A stretch of 64,000 nucleotides of DNA, taken from NCBI GenBank assembly GCA_003427395.1, contig BFEA01000025.1, positions 4,221,488 through 4,285,487 of the forward strand, written 5' to 3'. The translations under genes were made by a program, and so were the position numbers. The stretch is from Chara braunii. Lineage: Eukaryota > Plantae > Charophyceae. Below the pieces are notes generated by a model. The model made no database searches and was not told the origin of the DNA. It saw only the letters and a program-made list of their open reading frames with translations. Below, piece by piece: positions 38,647-51,964 of the stretch; positions within the stretch are counted from its first letter, which is position 1; each line of letters begins with the position of its first letter.

Positions 38647-39665
38647 TGATGATTAGGATCGAAAGTAATACCCTATGAGCGAAGAGGTCGAGGGGTTGAT
38701 TAGGTTAGGGTTAGGTCGAGAAGATCCACGACACACGTTAAGACTTAATCGTCATAGCGTTAGTCAGAATAAATTAATATACACCCTTGTCGTTTGGCCG
38801 GAGCGATTATAAGTGTGTGATCATCGGGTTTTGCAGTAGCGCCCGAATTCCTAACACTTGTTCGGGCGGTACCTCTGTCTTTACTCGCATACCGCAAGTG
38901 AAGTTGAGGCTCTCGCTTAACCTCCCGTATGTAGAGAGGCATTTGCCCTTTGGGCAGTTACATCATGGCCGCTCGACCAGTTCAAGCAACTGATACCCCA
39001 TCCCTTTCGGAGGGAAACATCATTGCAGACTCTTATATCATTCGCACATGCCTTAGACGCAGGCTATTTGAATTGGTACCCACCTACCAACTGGTATTGG
39101 GCCTCTAAAAAAACCAATTTTTGTCTTCTTCTACTCGACCACAAGCACCCAGCACATCTACCTCTACAGTCTCTACTTGGTGTGGTACCGGCCTACCTGC
39201 TACTTTTGTGTTTTCCGCTGCTCTTAAGTGTCGCGGGCCTACCCCCTCTACTCGAGTGTTTTCCCACTGCAACCCTCAAATTTACGGCTTCAAAGTAAGT
39301 ACCGGCCCTTCGGGCCATCCGATTAACCAAGTGCCCTTGCGGTTACACACGCACTCAAGCGGACAAGCACACAGGCAGGCTCATAGACCAGCAAGCCTGC
39401 ATACACTGAAAATCACAAAACGGGCTCAGTGTGCTGGTTGGACTGAGCCCCGCTACCATACATATATTGGACCTGCTCCCCTTCTACCCGAAGTGGGAGC
39501 TAGCTCAATAGGTTTTGGTAGTGTCTGAGGAACGGGGGATGTGGGGATCGAGGTCTACCGACCTTTGAGACTAGTTTCTTTTAGATACCTGACTACAGTA
39601 CACTTCCGCCCTCATTCAGAGGATGGGGGCTTGAACCCAAGACCTTCAGTTCGAGAATTGTTACA
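38647..39665. mobile_element. LTR-like segment ending TGTTACA
   Basis: Right end ...GAGAATTGTTACA is typical of an LTR terminus. Left boundary is tentative; no partner LTR in the window. Confidence 0.3.
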
Positions 39666-40138
39666 ATTAGAAGTTGCTGCGACAGATGGCACGACAAGGT
39701 CGTTAGGTAGTTAGATTTCCTTTTTTGTCTTATTCAAATTTCTTTATTTTTATTATTTTTTCCTTTACGATTTTTCTAGATTTTTTTTGTTGTCTTGGTT
39801 TATTCCTTTGCTTCCGTTCCCGTATGAAAACTTGTCAAATTTATCGCTAGAACTGGGGCAGATTAATTCCCTGGGACCTATGTGTCCCCCTCGACCGCGG
39901 TTGAGGAGGCCGGATGCGCCAGGGTTAGGCGGGGGTGCGCTCTGAAAAACGGTGCGCGCACGTCGCCTACGCACGTCGGCCACTACCACCCAGTACCAAA
40001 AAAAATTAAAAATTTAAAAATTTGTGGGGTGAGTGTCGGTGAGTGACAAAAAAAAAAAAAAAAAGACAAAAAAACAAATATTTATTAATTGATTGTTTAT
40101 TTATTTATTTATTTATTTATTGATTGATTGTCTGTTTG

Positions 40139-40182
<44 letters not shown>

Positions 40183-40258
40183 ATTGCTTGCTTGCTTGAT
40201 TGATTGATTGATTGATTGGTGGGGGAAGGGTCCTTTCTCCCCTCCCCCTGGCACACGT

Positions 40259-40313
<55 letters not shown>

Positions 40314-40736
40314 CACACACACACACACATACATACATATATATATATTAATTTTAACAATTAAAAATTTAAAGGCAATGAACAAAATAAAATAAAATAA
40401 TAAAAATATTATAAATATACAAAATTAAAAAACTGAAAAATTGGCTGATTTTGCTTTATCGATGGTATTTATAAGTTTAGGGTTTGTGGTGAAAGCGGAG
40501 TTAAATTTAGTGGTGTCCTCTATGAGTTAGGCCGGTGATGCCTCGCCCACTGAGGGCCCCACGTAATTTTGTAAGGGACGCCGGGCCCGGTTCCCGACTT
40601 TTATAAAGACATTGTTCATTGTAAAAAAAAAAATAACAATAAAAAAAAACGAAATTGTTTTTCTAAAAATAAAAATAAAAATGAAAATAAATAAAATAAA
40701 ATAAAAATAAAATATAAAATATAAAAAATAAAATAA

Positions 40737-40781
<45 letters not shown>

Positions 40782-41099
40782 TAAAATAAAAAAAATAAAA
40801 TAAAAAGATATAGTAAATTAAAATAATATTAAAAACTAAGAAATAATTAAAAAATAAAAATAAAAAAATAAAAATAAAAATAAAAATATATCTAATTAAA
40901 AAATTAAAAGTAGGTCTAACCAACCTTTATACCATTGACAAAGACCCCACCAGCTTAACACAACTATGCTATAATGGCGGCCACCAAACACAACTTCAAA
41001 CCACCATTGGTATATTAGGGTACTTACACCATTAAAAACAACCATACATAGCGGTGATGGGTCACATATTTTTTATAAAAATAAAAATAAAAAGGAATA

Positions 41100-42500
41100 C
41101 AGGAAACAATAAGACTACTTAAAAGTTCTTTTTAACCACGACAACTGACGCACCATCCCGAAACGACACACTGACACACAAGAAAACGAACACGCGCACG
41201 AGGAAAAACAAATACGATGGAAAACAAATTACCGCCATAGCCAGAACCCCTCCATATACGACGAAAAAACGGCCAACTACGATCCAATACTGGTAGACTA
41301 TGACCCTGCTACTACGTAATAGCCCACGTAGAGAAAACTTTAATCAGAGGGCGATGCTCGTCCTACCCTACGCATCAAGGCTACCACTACCCGGCTAGAT
41401 GCTACCCAAACGTCACGCATACAGACCTACCCCTAGCATACACCCTCCACCTTCCCCCCGCTCAAGGCTCGACTATGTTCCAATTCCCGCCTGCAAAGAA
41501 TACAAAAAACAGCGCACTATCCCGAAACGCCACTACATGCACACAACAAAACAAACACACATACGACGCGCTACAATACCGCCATAGCCAGACTGGTCCA
41601 ATAACACTATACTGCAAGACAAATAACAAAAAAACGTCGCGGCCAGGTTGCCAACCTACGAAGACTCCATTCACGCAAAAATACTAACCCCTTCATCACA
41701 ATACGGGTAAGGATCCCATCTCTGTACTGACCCGCTTATTCCATCCCTCACACTACAAACTTGATACTAACGTACCCGCTCCCCCATACTACCACATGAA
41801 CCACACATACTGCTTTCACCACACGCTCATCCGAACACCACAATTATCGCGTTCACATCCGGCAAAATGGCCTACCTTGCGACACACCCACGACACACAC
41901 AGCACTGCCACCAGCTACGCAGCTACGCTGTAACCTATACACCCATAAAGTAAAAACACTACAAGTACTTCCCCCTACACGCGCTATACCACCAGCATTC
42001 TGGTATACGCTGATTGTGACGTCTCTCCACTTCCTTCTTCCCCTCTTGAGTTTTCCAGCTCACGAACTGATCTTGGTTCCAAGAAGCGGTCTGGCACGTT
42101 ACCGTGCCACAAGTGCTCTGCTTTCGGCGTATGCTTGCTGATACTACGCTGCATCATCACCCTTGTGATATGGCGGCGACTGATTCTACAACAACACCAG
42201 CCATGTCCGCTCAGGTACGAACTCGCTAACATATAACTATGAAGTACCTTGGAACCTTTGACCCCCTGATTACCTACCCCCCACCCTCCACCCCGTATCC
42301 TAACAGGAGCCTATACTAAGCTAACCCCTCTGATGAGCTGCTATGGGTGCTAGGCGGCGAAAAGAGCGCTTTAGGGCGTGCACCCCCCCTATGGTTGAGC
42401 TTATGCCCTCCCCTAATCCCTAACATACTAACTCTAACATGCTCCTAAGCTAACTAAGACTCCTAACCCCACAACATGACCACTTGTGTAGCATGCGTCA
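41100..42500 (+). mobile_element. Probable decayed Penelope-like element 3' region with hammerhead-bearing terminus
   Basis: Strongly A/C-skewed strand with remnant peptides (ILVDYDP, ILVYADC, GTLPCHKCSA) resembling the PLE linker/Cys cluster, directly upstream of a hammerhead. Family assignment is inference. Confidence 0.35.
42317..42403 (+). ncRNA. Type I hammerhead ribozyme with loop II pseudoknot
   Basis: CCCU-CUGAUGA-GCUGCU...GGCGGC-GAA-AAG-agcg-CUU-U-AGGG. Loop II GGGUGC (42345-42350) is complementary to GCACCC (42380-42385). Distal stem I UAAGCU/AGCUUA. Confidence 0.85.
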
Positions 42501-42727
42501 ATCCATGGCTATCTTAAGCTATGCACTAATGGATAATCTCGATTGCTGTCTTGTTTCCCACATTGCGTGGGATGGCTGTGTTGCATATACAAACCCCCCC
42601 ACTCACACACTCGCCTGCGCGCGCACACAAACACACACGAGCACGCTGTCGCACTTTTTCTAGTCAGGCCTCTTCTGGCGACTAGAAAGCCAACAGGCTG
42701 TCACGCAGGATTTTGGATGTTGTTTGT

Positions 42728-42817
42728 AATAAATAAAATAAAATAAAATAAAATAAAATAAAATAAAATAAAATAAAATAAAATAAAATAAAATAAAATA
42801 AAATAAAATAAAATAAA
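42728..42817. repeat. (AAAAT)n microsatellite
   Basis: Read directly; a similar degenerate tract lies at 40665-40890. Confidence 0.95.
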
Positions 42818-45800
42818 TGAGCGAATCCCTTCCTGTTGTGTGCGTCCAGCTTCGAGCGAGACCCTTCAATTGCGGTCTTCGCCGGTCCCCGGTCTTAGGA
42901 ATCTTTTATTTCGATTCGGAACAACAAAAAATCGTATGGTAGATAGTCATAAATTTTGATTTATCATGCATGCATCAATTTTGTCAATTTTCTAATTTTG
43001 AGAACTGCGACAAGATCATCAGAGAACATGATCATCAAGCAAGGCAATGCCGAAAATGCAGGACTGATTGACTCGAGCAATGCCAAGAGTAAATGAGGGA
43101 AGAATGAAAACTCATAATAATCTCAGAGAGTGCACATAAAGAGCATGGCCAACACTGGTCAAGAGTCCTCACTCAATCCTCTGGGTGGTACACTAAATGC
43201 CTTATTTTGCTGCATGCCTCTTGTGCTTCTGGCCAAGTCTCCGTACTCCCTGAGCTTGTGGTCTCTGGATGTAGGGCCACCGGAACCCTGCAAGTTCCCA
43301 ACACTTCCTGCCAAGTCCCATAAAACGAAAGTCGACCATAGCACAAAACTTCTCCCATAAAGTAGGAAAATATGGTTGAGAGAAAATCCCTCATCTGAGG
43401 TGCTGGAACTCTGATGGTTCTGTCAATGCCTCGTAATCAATCGCCGCAGGAGAGATATACCTCTTGGCTAGTTCTACCAAGTCGCCCCAGCAAGAGCCGT
43501 CTGTGAGAGTGAAGGGTACTGGAGGTCTGGGGTAGTCAAAGTAAATTTTCGAGCCAAAGCTGCGGGTCAGCTTGATACCACTCCCATCGAGCTCCTTCTC
43601 TCTCTCTTCAAGGTATCTGGCTGCTGAAATTCAAACTGAATCAAAGTGTTCATGGGTCTCCGTACCCTTCTTTACATAAGGACTCAGATCATAGACGATG
43701 CCGCCTGCAAAACTGGTGAGGACGACATAGACTGATGATCCCTCTCGTTTGAAACCAATAGCACTGACATATTGATATTGGATGACATCCTTGGAAGAGA
43801 TCTTCTTGAGACTGGTCAAAACCGATCCATCGACGGGAAACGACCGAACTGCATTCATGTGATGAAGTGGATGTTGAAACTGATCTTGAGTCTTCTGACA
43901 GAGACAGTCTTGGTTGTTATTGTTCTCCGTGTTTTCTGATAAAAGTACTGTCCAACTGATGTCTGATCTCTGTGTCAATCGGAGATGATTAAATGCAGAT
44001 TCTTTCTAGCAGGAACTCTTGAGTAACACAAATGGCACAGTTGATAGAAGGTTGACTGGATACTGGCTAAAATTTTGACTGGAGTTTTCTAATAACTCGA
44101 ACGACTAAATATCGAAATGTTGATAGGGCTGTTGATTGCATAATGGCAAAAAAACAAGGGAAAAGCCAAGGCATCTTTACGCTCACTTAAGCCTTACCCT
44201 AGCTTGCTCTACCGACTTTAACCACGAGCCGGTGTTGTGTAACTTGTCGTTCTGATCACAAAAGTAGAATGTGTACTCAATGAATTTTTCTTTCATAATC
44301 CGCTGAGTTACACTCTCCCTCGTCACCATCTTCTGGCGCTCCATACACAGAATAGCCTCGTCTTCCCAGTTCTCGTGTTTTTTTGCAAAATGATCTCGCA
44401 TTTTATTGCTAGGACCCTATTCTCCTTCATGATTTCATTTACACTCCGAAACCTAGGTAATAGTCAGGAAAGACCAATGACAACTTTCGCGAGATCTGCG
44501 CTCAAAGATTAAAGGGTCACACCCAAGACTCAGGCTATTTGTAGTTGACCCGACATTGGGGCATGATTTGACAAAAGGAAAAACCCACTAACTTGGAGAA
44601 GTCTGGTTAGGCACGGTTAATGTCGACTATCCAATAGGAGGTAACAAAGCTGTACCTGTGTGTCTACACCACTTGACATGGTTATGGCTCACCCCGAGCC
44701 TGTGATGTGTTTGGAGCCAACTCCGTTGATCTTGGCTCCGTCTTTCCTCTAAGTTATAAGGTTCAATCACTACCAGACCATTCTCCTCTTTAAGGGGCAA
44801 TTACAACTTATTTAGCAAGCCTCATCGGACCGTTCACATTGTGGTTACTGCACAAATCCGTTTCAAGAGACGGGTTGAACTGAAGGAATGAGGATGTAGT
44901 ACATAGAGGAAACCAGTTATCGATGCATGCAACAATAGCCCATAGCTTAGGAGAGTGCACAACAATTAATCAGTACACTGACTGCTGCTACATCTTCTGA
45001 AAACTTGTGCAGTCCGCTTAGATTAGGCCTGGTGTTAGAGCATGAAACAGTAAATTCCACCTCAGTTTTGATTATGTAATCTTGTCCCTGGGCAATAGGC
45101 CACTAAAGTATGCTAGAAATCACCTTTCAACTATAGACTTCGTCTACAATCACATGACAAGGAAGCATTGTCTCTTATCTTGGTTGATTTCGTCTGTTCC
45201 CAGCCAACACTTGAGGCATTAATTACAGTTAGTACTAGTCCCCGTCTAGTAAAAACTTAACAATCAAGCAGAGTATTTTCCTCAGCTGCCGTTTTCTCCC
45301 TTCGCGGTTCATTACTCAGCCTCAACATTTCGATCACTCGAGATTGGGATTTGACTGATAACCCGGTTTGCTGATCATGTACTCGTGATTTTGTGGAGAC
45401 TTGAAAGCTTGTACAGTCGAAACGGCACCGAAGGTCGTTTTGTTTTCAGATTGATATAATTGCACATACTCATACAATCCCTTTACACATAGGCACTTAC
45501 AGTCGCATAACCCTATAAGACTGCAAGGTCATCTGTCTACATAGTCGCTAGATTTGCGGACTCGTGCCATCAAAGGCTTGTGTGATCACACGAGCACCAG
45601 ATAAGCTCGCACAATTACATGAATACTCAAGAACTCGTGCAGTCCTGAGTTTACTTGACTACACGTTTACCCATCACTAAGATTGAAAGCCTTTCAAGTA
45701 ATCAATTGAATGTTCAGACTGCTTATGGCTATTGCCTTTCCCCAGTGAAACTAGTGCCTACAACTTAAGACAAAATTATCACTCGGAACATATAGACGAA

Positions 45801-48503
45801 ATCGAGAGAACTACGTAAACAAAAACTCAATCTACCGTAGCCCCCTTTTGCGACCTGTTTATGCTACGGAGACCGTTCAAAGGGTATAAGACAGCTTTAC
45901 TCTGTGGAGGCACATGAGAAGGTCTGTTACTATGGGAGCCCCAAGAAAGTCGAACACGACAATGAGTAAAGCGAAACTCCTTTATTTATTTCTTGACAAC
46001 AATCGTTCTGTAGGTTTTCGCGGATAAAACTCAGCCTGCATACACTCAATTATCCAGAAAACCGATCCAGCAGTCTCTTGTCTAAAAAATCAGGGCCAGT
46101 AATGCATAGTTATGTTTGAACATTTTCACCTACAATTGATGATTGACAGAATTCTGCCCCAGATCATAGCATACTTATACAGGGTTGTAATTGAGTATAC
46201 ACTAGTGCTTCTGATCCTGAAAATAACCCGAATTATCTTGGGATATGTAGAGGCTAGTCATAAGAGACTTACCTTAGAAGGGTGGCAGACTGAAAGTGAA
46301 ACAACAGTGACCTTACTTGATGTGGTTGATCATACTCCAAGTACCCACGTGTTACCATAGCAAACTCAATCAGCAAAGGAAAAATGAGGAGCTCTTCTGG
46401 TTCACACTGTCATAAATGAACCATTCACAAATTTAAAGCAATAGCAATCATTGATTGATAAAAAAACCATCATTATTTGTAACGTCATCTTCCTCCTTAT
46501 TCAATGTCGATTTTTAACTGAATCCAGTAACTGTAGTTGTCATAACTAGGGCGGAGATAATATCAAGTGCGCTGAGAATCGGTTGACTCGTTCTCTCATG
46601 TGTACCCGACAAAAGGTCGAGTTTCCAAAGTCCATTCTCATTGATCTCTCAAACCAGCTTCAAGTGTTTCCTACGATCACATAGCAACCATACCCGATCT
46701 CAACACCAATGGCCAGAAACCGACACTAGTAAAAAGGACGATAGTAACCGAAGTTCGTGAACGATGATGGAACTAACTAAGATGGCCAACTCAGACCGAG
46801 CAAAACAGGGGTAGCGCTAACCGCAAGAAGTACACAACTTCACTGTGAATTCCGCTCCGTCGTCAATCGAATCGCGTCTACATAGTTTTCACTGAATTCT
46901 TGCACTAGTCTCTCTCTTCTCATCTGCACATGCCAGACGTTCACTCCCTCCCTCCCTCAGTGGATTCTCTTGGCATGTCATTCCTAGACTTGCGACGCTT
47001 TGCACTATGTCACGCTTTAGTCACGTACCAATTAGACGAGGCACGCACACGAAGTCTTTCTAGCTCACTCGTTCTAGTGGAACTATGGTAATAGCAATAG
47101 GCCCACGCATAAACGGGTTTGGATTATAGCAAGGGCAGACCGTAGAAACGGTCGCCAGTGCCTGACGAGTGCACTAGATAAGTAGTGTTCGCCAGGCCTC
47201 TTCAAAAATCATGATCTCTTCCTCGCTTATCGCAAGCACACATCTCCCTCTCTCCCTCCATCTAATCTCTATCTGACAACTCCCCTTCAGGGATTTCACC
47301 CAATGTACTGCCCTTCACACACTCATCCGACATAACAGCGCAGAATCATCCCTTTTTGGGCAACGCTTGATGCAATCACAAACTCTTAGAGAGAAGGCTG
47401 TCCACGACCTAGTGAGGCCAAGAAAAACAGAAGATGGAGGGACGACGAGCTTTCAGAGTAGGGGTCCCGTTGTTTCCGTGGAAGCGTCCAATCTCCTTCT
47501 TTCCACCCTCTCTCTCCCACGACCCCTAAACCAATAGATCTCATTCTCTTCAAGCGAGTGGTACGTGATGCAAAGCCCTGAGGGCAATCGTGACGTTAAC
47601 TAGAACCTATCTTAATCACGCACCATTCAAACCATACTCTCCGTCGGCTCTTAACCTTCCTACTCAGGTTTTCAATCGCCACCGTTCTCAAATCACGTGT
47701 TCACTCCCGACCATCTCTGCACTAGGGGTGGAGTAGCAAGCAGCACTAGGAACCCCAACAGAAGACCACTTGCTGACATCAACAGTAAATCTGGTGTGGA
47801 GACCCTGCAGATGTCTAACTTCTCCCTCACTTTTAACCTTTGTTCGAAGCTACTCCCTTCTCTACCCATTAACCAGCTCAACTTCGAGCCCTGTGACAAG
47901 ATACTGTCCTGGCTGCTACCTGATGCACAGCCAGCGCGCAGTTAAGCTACCGACAAAGTGATTAACTTGTGACGTTTTACCTGTTGCTGAGGCGTCGCCA
48001 TTCCCTTTCTCTCGTCCGACTTTTGCTCGCACTCTCTCGACCAACTTTCAGGCATGCACCCTCTCTCTCCCACCCTCTTTCTCAATCGTCCCAGCTTATG
48101 TGTCTCTCCTTCTCTCACAATCGTTCGCGCCCTCTGGCTCACTGCCTCTAATCTTTCTCCGCTCGTTGACCTCCGAGACCCTTCTCCTTCGTTCTCGCAA
48201 GCGACCCTCACGCGCGTCTCTCTCTCTCTCGTCTCCCGCTCTATTGCATTTGCCCGTGTCCCTTCTCCTAGCAGATCTGGTCCTCTCTAACCGCCGTGCG
48301 GCCTTAGTCCCGTTTGCCGAGTCGAGTTGGTCTCAGGGCTTTCTCTGTCATGAGCTGACCTCGAACCCGTCCTCCACAGGCTCAGAGGCCGGATGGTCCC
48401 GCCGCCACTGGTCCAGTCCGTGCCAAGACTGGGTCGCGGCCCCTAGGTCGCTAGCGTCGCTCTCCACTTCTGTGTCACAATCGAGATGTTGCTGCTCACG
48501 TTT
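42818..48503 (-). mobile_element. LTR-like element related to 1870-7266, with a decayed unknown ORF (about 43390-44400)
   Basis: Begins TGAGCGAATCCC right after the microsatellite. Shares ACCAGACCATTCTC (~44772 vs ~4500) with the first element. Protein-like ORF pieces at 43631-43978 and 44183-44401. Cut at 48504 by a GGCTATG-ended element. Confidence 0.4.
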
Positions 48504-48942
48504 GGCTATGAATCCCCGTCGGCGGCGGCCAAGCGCGGCTGAATCCGCGGACGCGGCCAGGCCGCCGGCCCCGCGGACGTGTCCGCGTGGACGCGCGGCT
48601 TTGAAGCCACGTGGCAGCCAGTGGGGAGGGGGGTTGGGGATTCGGGAAGCGCCATGGGACGGCGCAACCCCAGCCCCACCCCCTCGAAAAAAAAAAAAAA
48701 AAAAAAAACAAATTTGGTTGGGAGGGTTCGGGTGAGTAAAGGTATTTCGAAAAAAATAAAAAAAAAAATAAACAGCGTTTTTTTTATCTTTTCTCTTTTT
48801 TCATTGATTGATTGATTGATTGGCCCCACAGGCGCACACACACACACACAAGTAGGATTGTATATTTCCATATTCTAGCGGAAGATTCATTCGATTTTGC
48901 TTTTTTTTTTTTTTTTTTCTGTTGATTGATTGATTGATTAGT

Positions 48943-50400
48943 GGGGGCGATGGTGCTGACAATGAACAGGGAGGGCGAGAGAGACCAGGCGCCCGACGTT
49001 TTGGCGCACTGGATCAAGGTGCTCGATGACGTTCCTCCTCGGTGGGTGAATGCCATCTACACGGACTCTGCCTTTGCGTACGTCGCTACGACAAACATGC
49101 TGCAGGGGCCCCAATAGAGGCCAGGGATTCGACGGATCACGTGGCTGCCGTGCGCAGTGCATGTCTGCAACAAAATGTTGTCAGACATTGGCTTGTTAAG
49201 CCCGTCGTCGAAGGACATTATTGTACGTGGGAGACCGGGGGTGCGCTTCATTAAGGAGCACGGTGCCGCTCTGCACACCATCAGGGGGGAGAGCATGCAG
49301 ATGGGACTTGTTTATCCCTGCGAAACACGATTCGCATCCGTGTTCGCCATGATGGAGCGTTTGCTGGCAATCAGGTCAGCGTTGGAGAGGACGGTGGATA
49401 GCGACGGTTGGGGTTTGGTCCCCTGGGACATTAGCGTTGCTCAGCTGGCTTGGTGGGTCAGGTGGCAGGTGCGGCATGGTCCTTGGTGGGATTCCATGGG
49501 TGTCCTTGTCTGCATCATGGAGCCCGTGTACGACATGCTTCGTAGGTTGGACCAAGGAGGGCTGCACATGTCGCGGGTTGTGCAGTGGACGTAGGACGTG
49601 ACCCGCGATGTGGCACGCGAGGTCCGCGCACTTCCATCAGTGCACACTTCATTATGCAGAAGGTGCAGGCTCGGTGCGCTCACATGTTGGAGCCCGCGCA
49701 CGCCGCTGCTCACCTTCTCTGTTCCAGTCGCCGAGACTTGAGGTACTATGACGACGTCGTCAGCGAGTATGATGCGAGACTCGTACGGGAGGCAGAGACG
49801 TACATCCTCACACAGACTGGGTTTAGTGTCGCGAGCCCCGATTACGAGGCTGCATGTGCCCAACTCCGCAACTTCCACACACGGAGATGGGGGATTGTGT
49901 GGGGGGGGAGGGACGGAGACAGGGAGGCGCAGAGGTGTACTGACGACGTGGAGACGTACGAGGCCGGTTGTTGGTGGTCGAAGTGGGGACAGTGCGCCTC
50001 GCAGCTGCAGGCCATCGCTCTTCAAGTCATGTATATGCGGACATGTTCCTCTCCCGCAGAGAGGAACTGGGCCGTCCATGAGGCTGTGTACACGAAGAAG
50101 CACAACAAGCTCAAGTTCGAGAAGGTTGCGAAGTTGGTCGAGATTTCGGCCAACGTCCGCCTTCTCTCTCATCAGCGAGCTGGCCGCGGGTTTGCATTGC
50201 CATGGACGGTCAACGAGTCCATGTTGGATATCGAGGGAGGCATCGGGACTCAGCCGTCGTGGCAGGGGACGGACCCCAGCAGGTCGCAGGAGGACCGAGA
50301 GAGGCAGAGACGTTCGTGGATGCGAGACCCGTGTGGGTCGAGAGCTCCTCCTGGAGAGGTCGGAGAGGTTTTCAGGACTCGGGCCGCCACGTTGTAGCCC
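48943..50400 (+). pseudogene. hAT transposase, C-terminal half (DUF659 second part plus hAT dimerisation domain), disrupted
   Basis: NAIYTDSA, YPCETRFASVFAMMERLL, WWSKWG...LQAIAL...CSSPAERNWAVHEAVYTKKHNKL. Internal stop at 49592-49594 and frameshifts. Confidence 0.9.
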
Positions 50401-51265
50401 TACCCCAGAGACGACGACAGTGGTGATGAGGGCCCTGAGGGGGGGGAGGAGCGGGGAGGACCTGCAGACCATCCGGCCTCACAGGAGGCCGATGAGTGGA
50501 GCGACCCGGAGGAGGTCCGTAGACTTAGTGGCAGGGGCGACCCTTTTGGTGGAGGTGACGGGAGCCCTTTTGAGCGAGAGCGGCCTTCGTCTCCGGGGCC
50601 ACAGTTTGTCGATAAGCTGGCGGTGCACGTCTCTACTCGTTCCATGGGGGCAGAGTCAGCTTGAGGTGGCAGTGTTCTAGGGCAGCATCCCGGACGTTTA
50701 CGCAATGGGATCGCTTCATCCAGCATTGTTCCCCCTTCGAGGAGGAGACATCCATAGACACTGCCAAACGCCTATGAAACACCCGCGGACGCGTCAGCGG
50801 GTCCGATCTCGAATGGCGGACGCAGATGGGGCCTCGTGCACGGCCGACCTGGTCCTCGCCGCGGACCCAATTTTACCAGAATTTTCCTGAATTAAATAAT
50901 AGGTTAAAAAAAACAAAATAAATATGGGGTTGTAGGGAATTTTAAGCCCTACAACCCCCTTTTTTTTTTTCGAAATCCGACTTTGTTTAGGATTTTAAAA
51001 AAATCAAAAAATAAATTCGATTTAAAAAAAAAAAAAAAAAAACTATAAAGAAAAGCTGGATTTTTTTTTTGTCATTTTTTATCATGAGATATATGGTCTC
51101 TGAGTTCACCTGTATTTTTTTAGAAATGAATTGCTGTTTTTTGCAGCGGTATGAGGTGTTCTAAAAGAATGCAGATGCAAAATTTAAAAATAAATAAATA
51201 AAAAACTTCAAAAAAGGGGTTTGATTGATTGATTGATTGTGAGTGAGTGAGTGATGAGTGAGTGA

Positions 51266-51314
<49 letters not shown>

Positions 51315-51905
51315 NNNNNNNNNNNNNNNNNNNNNNNNNNNNNNNNNNNNNNNNNNNNNNNNNNNNNNNNNNNNNNNNNNNNNNNNNNNNNNNNNNNNNN
51401 NNNNNNNNNNNNNNNNNNNNNNNNNNNNNNNNNNNNNNNNNNNNNNNNNNNNNNNNNNNNNNNNNNNNNNNNNNNNNNNNNNNNNNNNNNNNNNNNNNNN
51501 NNNNNNNNNNNNNNNNNNNNNNNNNNNNNNNNNNNNNNNNNNNNNNNNNNNNNNNNNNNNNNNNNNNNNNNNNNNNNNNNNNNNNNNNNNNNNNNNNNNN
51601 NNNNNNNNNNNNNNNNNNNNNNNNNNNNNNNNNNNNNNNNNNNNNNNNNNNNNNNNNNNNNNNNNNNNNNNNNNNNNNNNNNNNNNNNNNNNNNNNNNNN
51701 NNNNNNNNNNNNNNNNNNNNNNNNNNNNNNNNNNNNNNNNNNNNNNNNNNNNNNNNNNNNNNNNNNNNNNNNNNNNNNNNNNNNNNNNNNNNNNNNNNNN
51801 NNNNNNNNNNNNNNNNNNNNNNNNNNNNNNNNNNNNNNNNNNNNNNNNNNNNNNNNNNNNNNNNNNNNNNNNNNNNNNNNNNNNNNNNNNNNNNNCCTCC
51901 CCCAC

Positions 51906-51936
<31 letters not shown>

Positions 51937-51964
51937 CAAAAAAAAAAGAAGGAAAATCGAACGA

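Noticed and set aside
38646-38675. Third hammerhead (CUGAUGA...GAAA)
   Set aside because: No pairing stem II and no U at the 16.1 position.
38698-38716. Telomere-like TTAGG/TTAGGG run
   Set aside because: Only three imperfect units.
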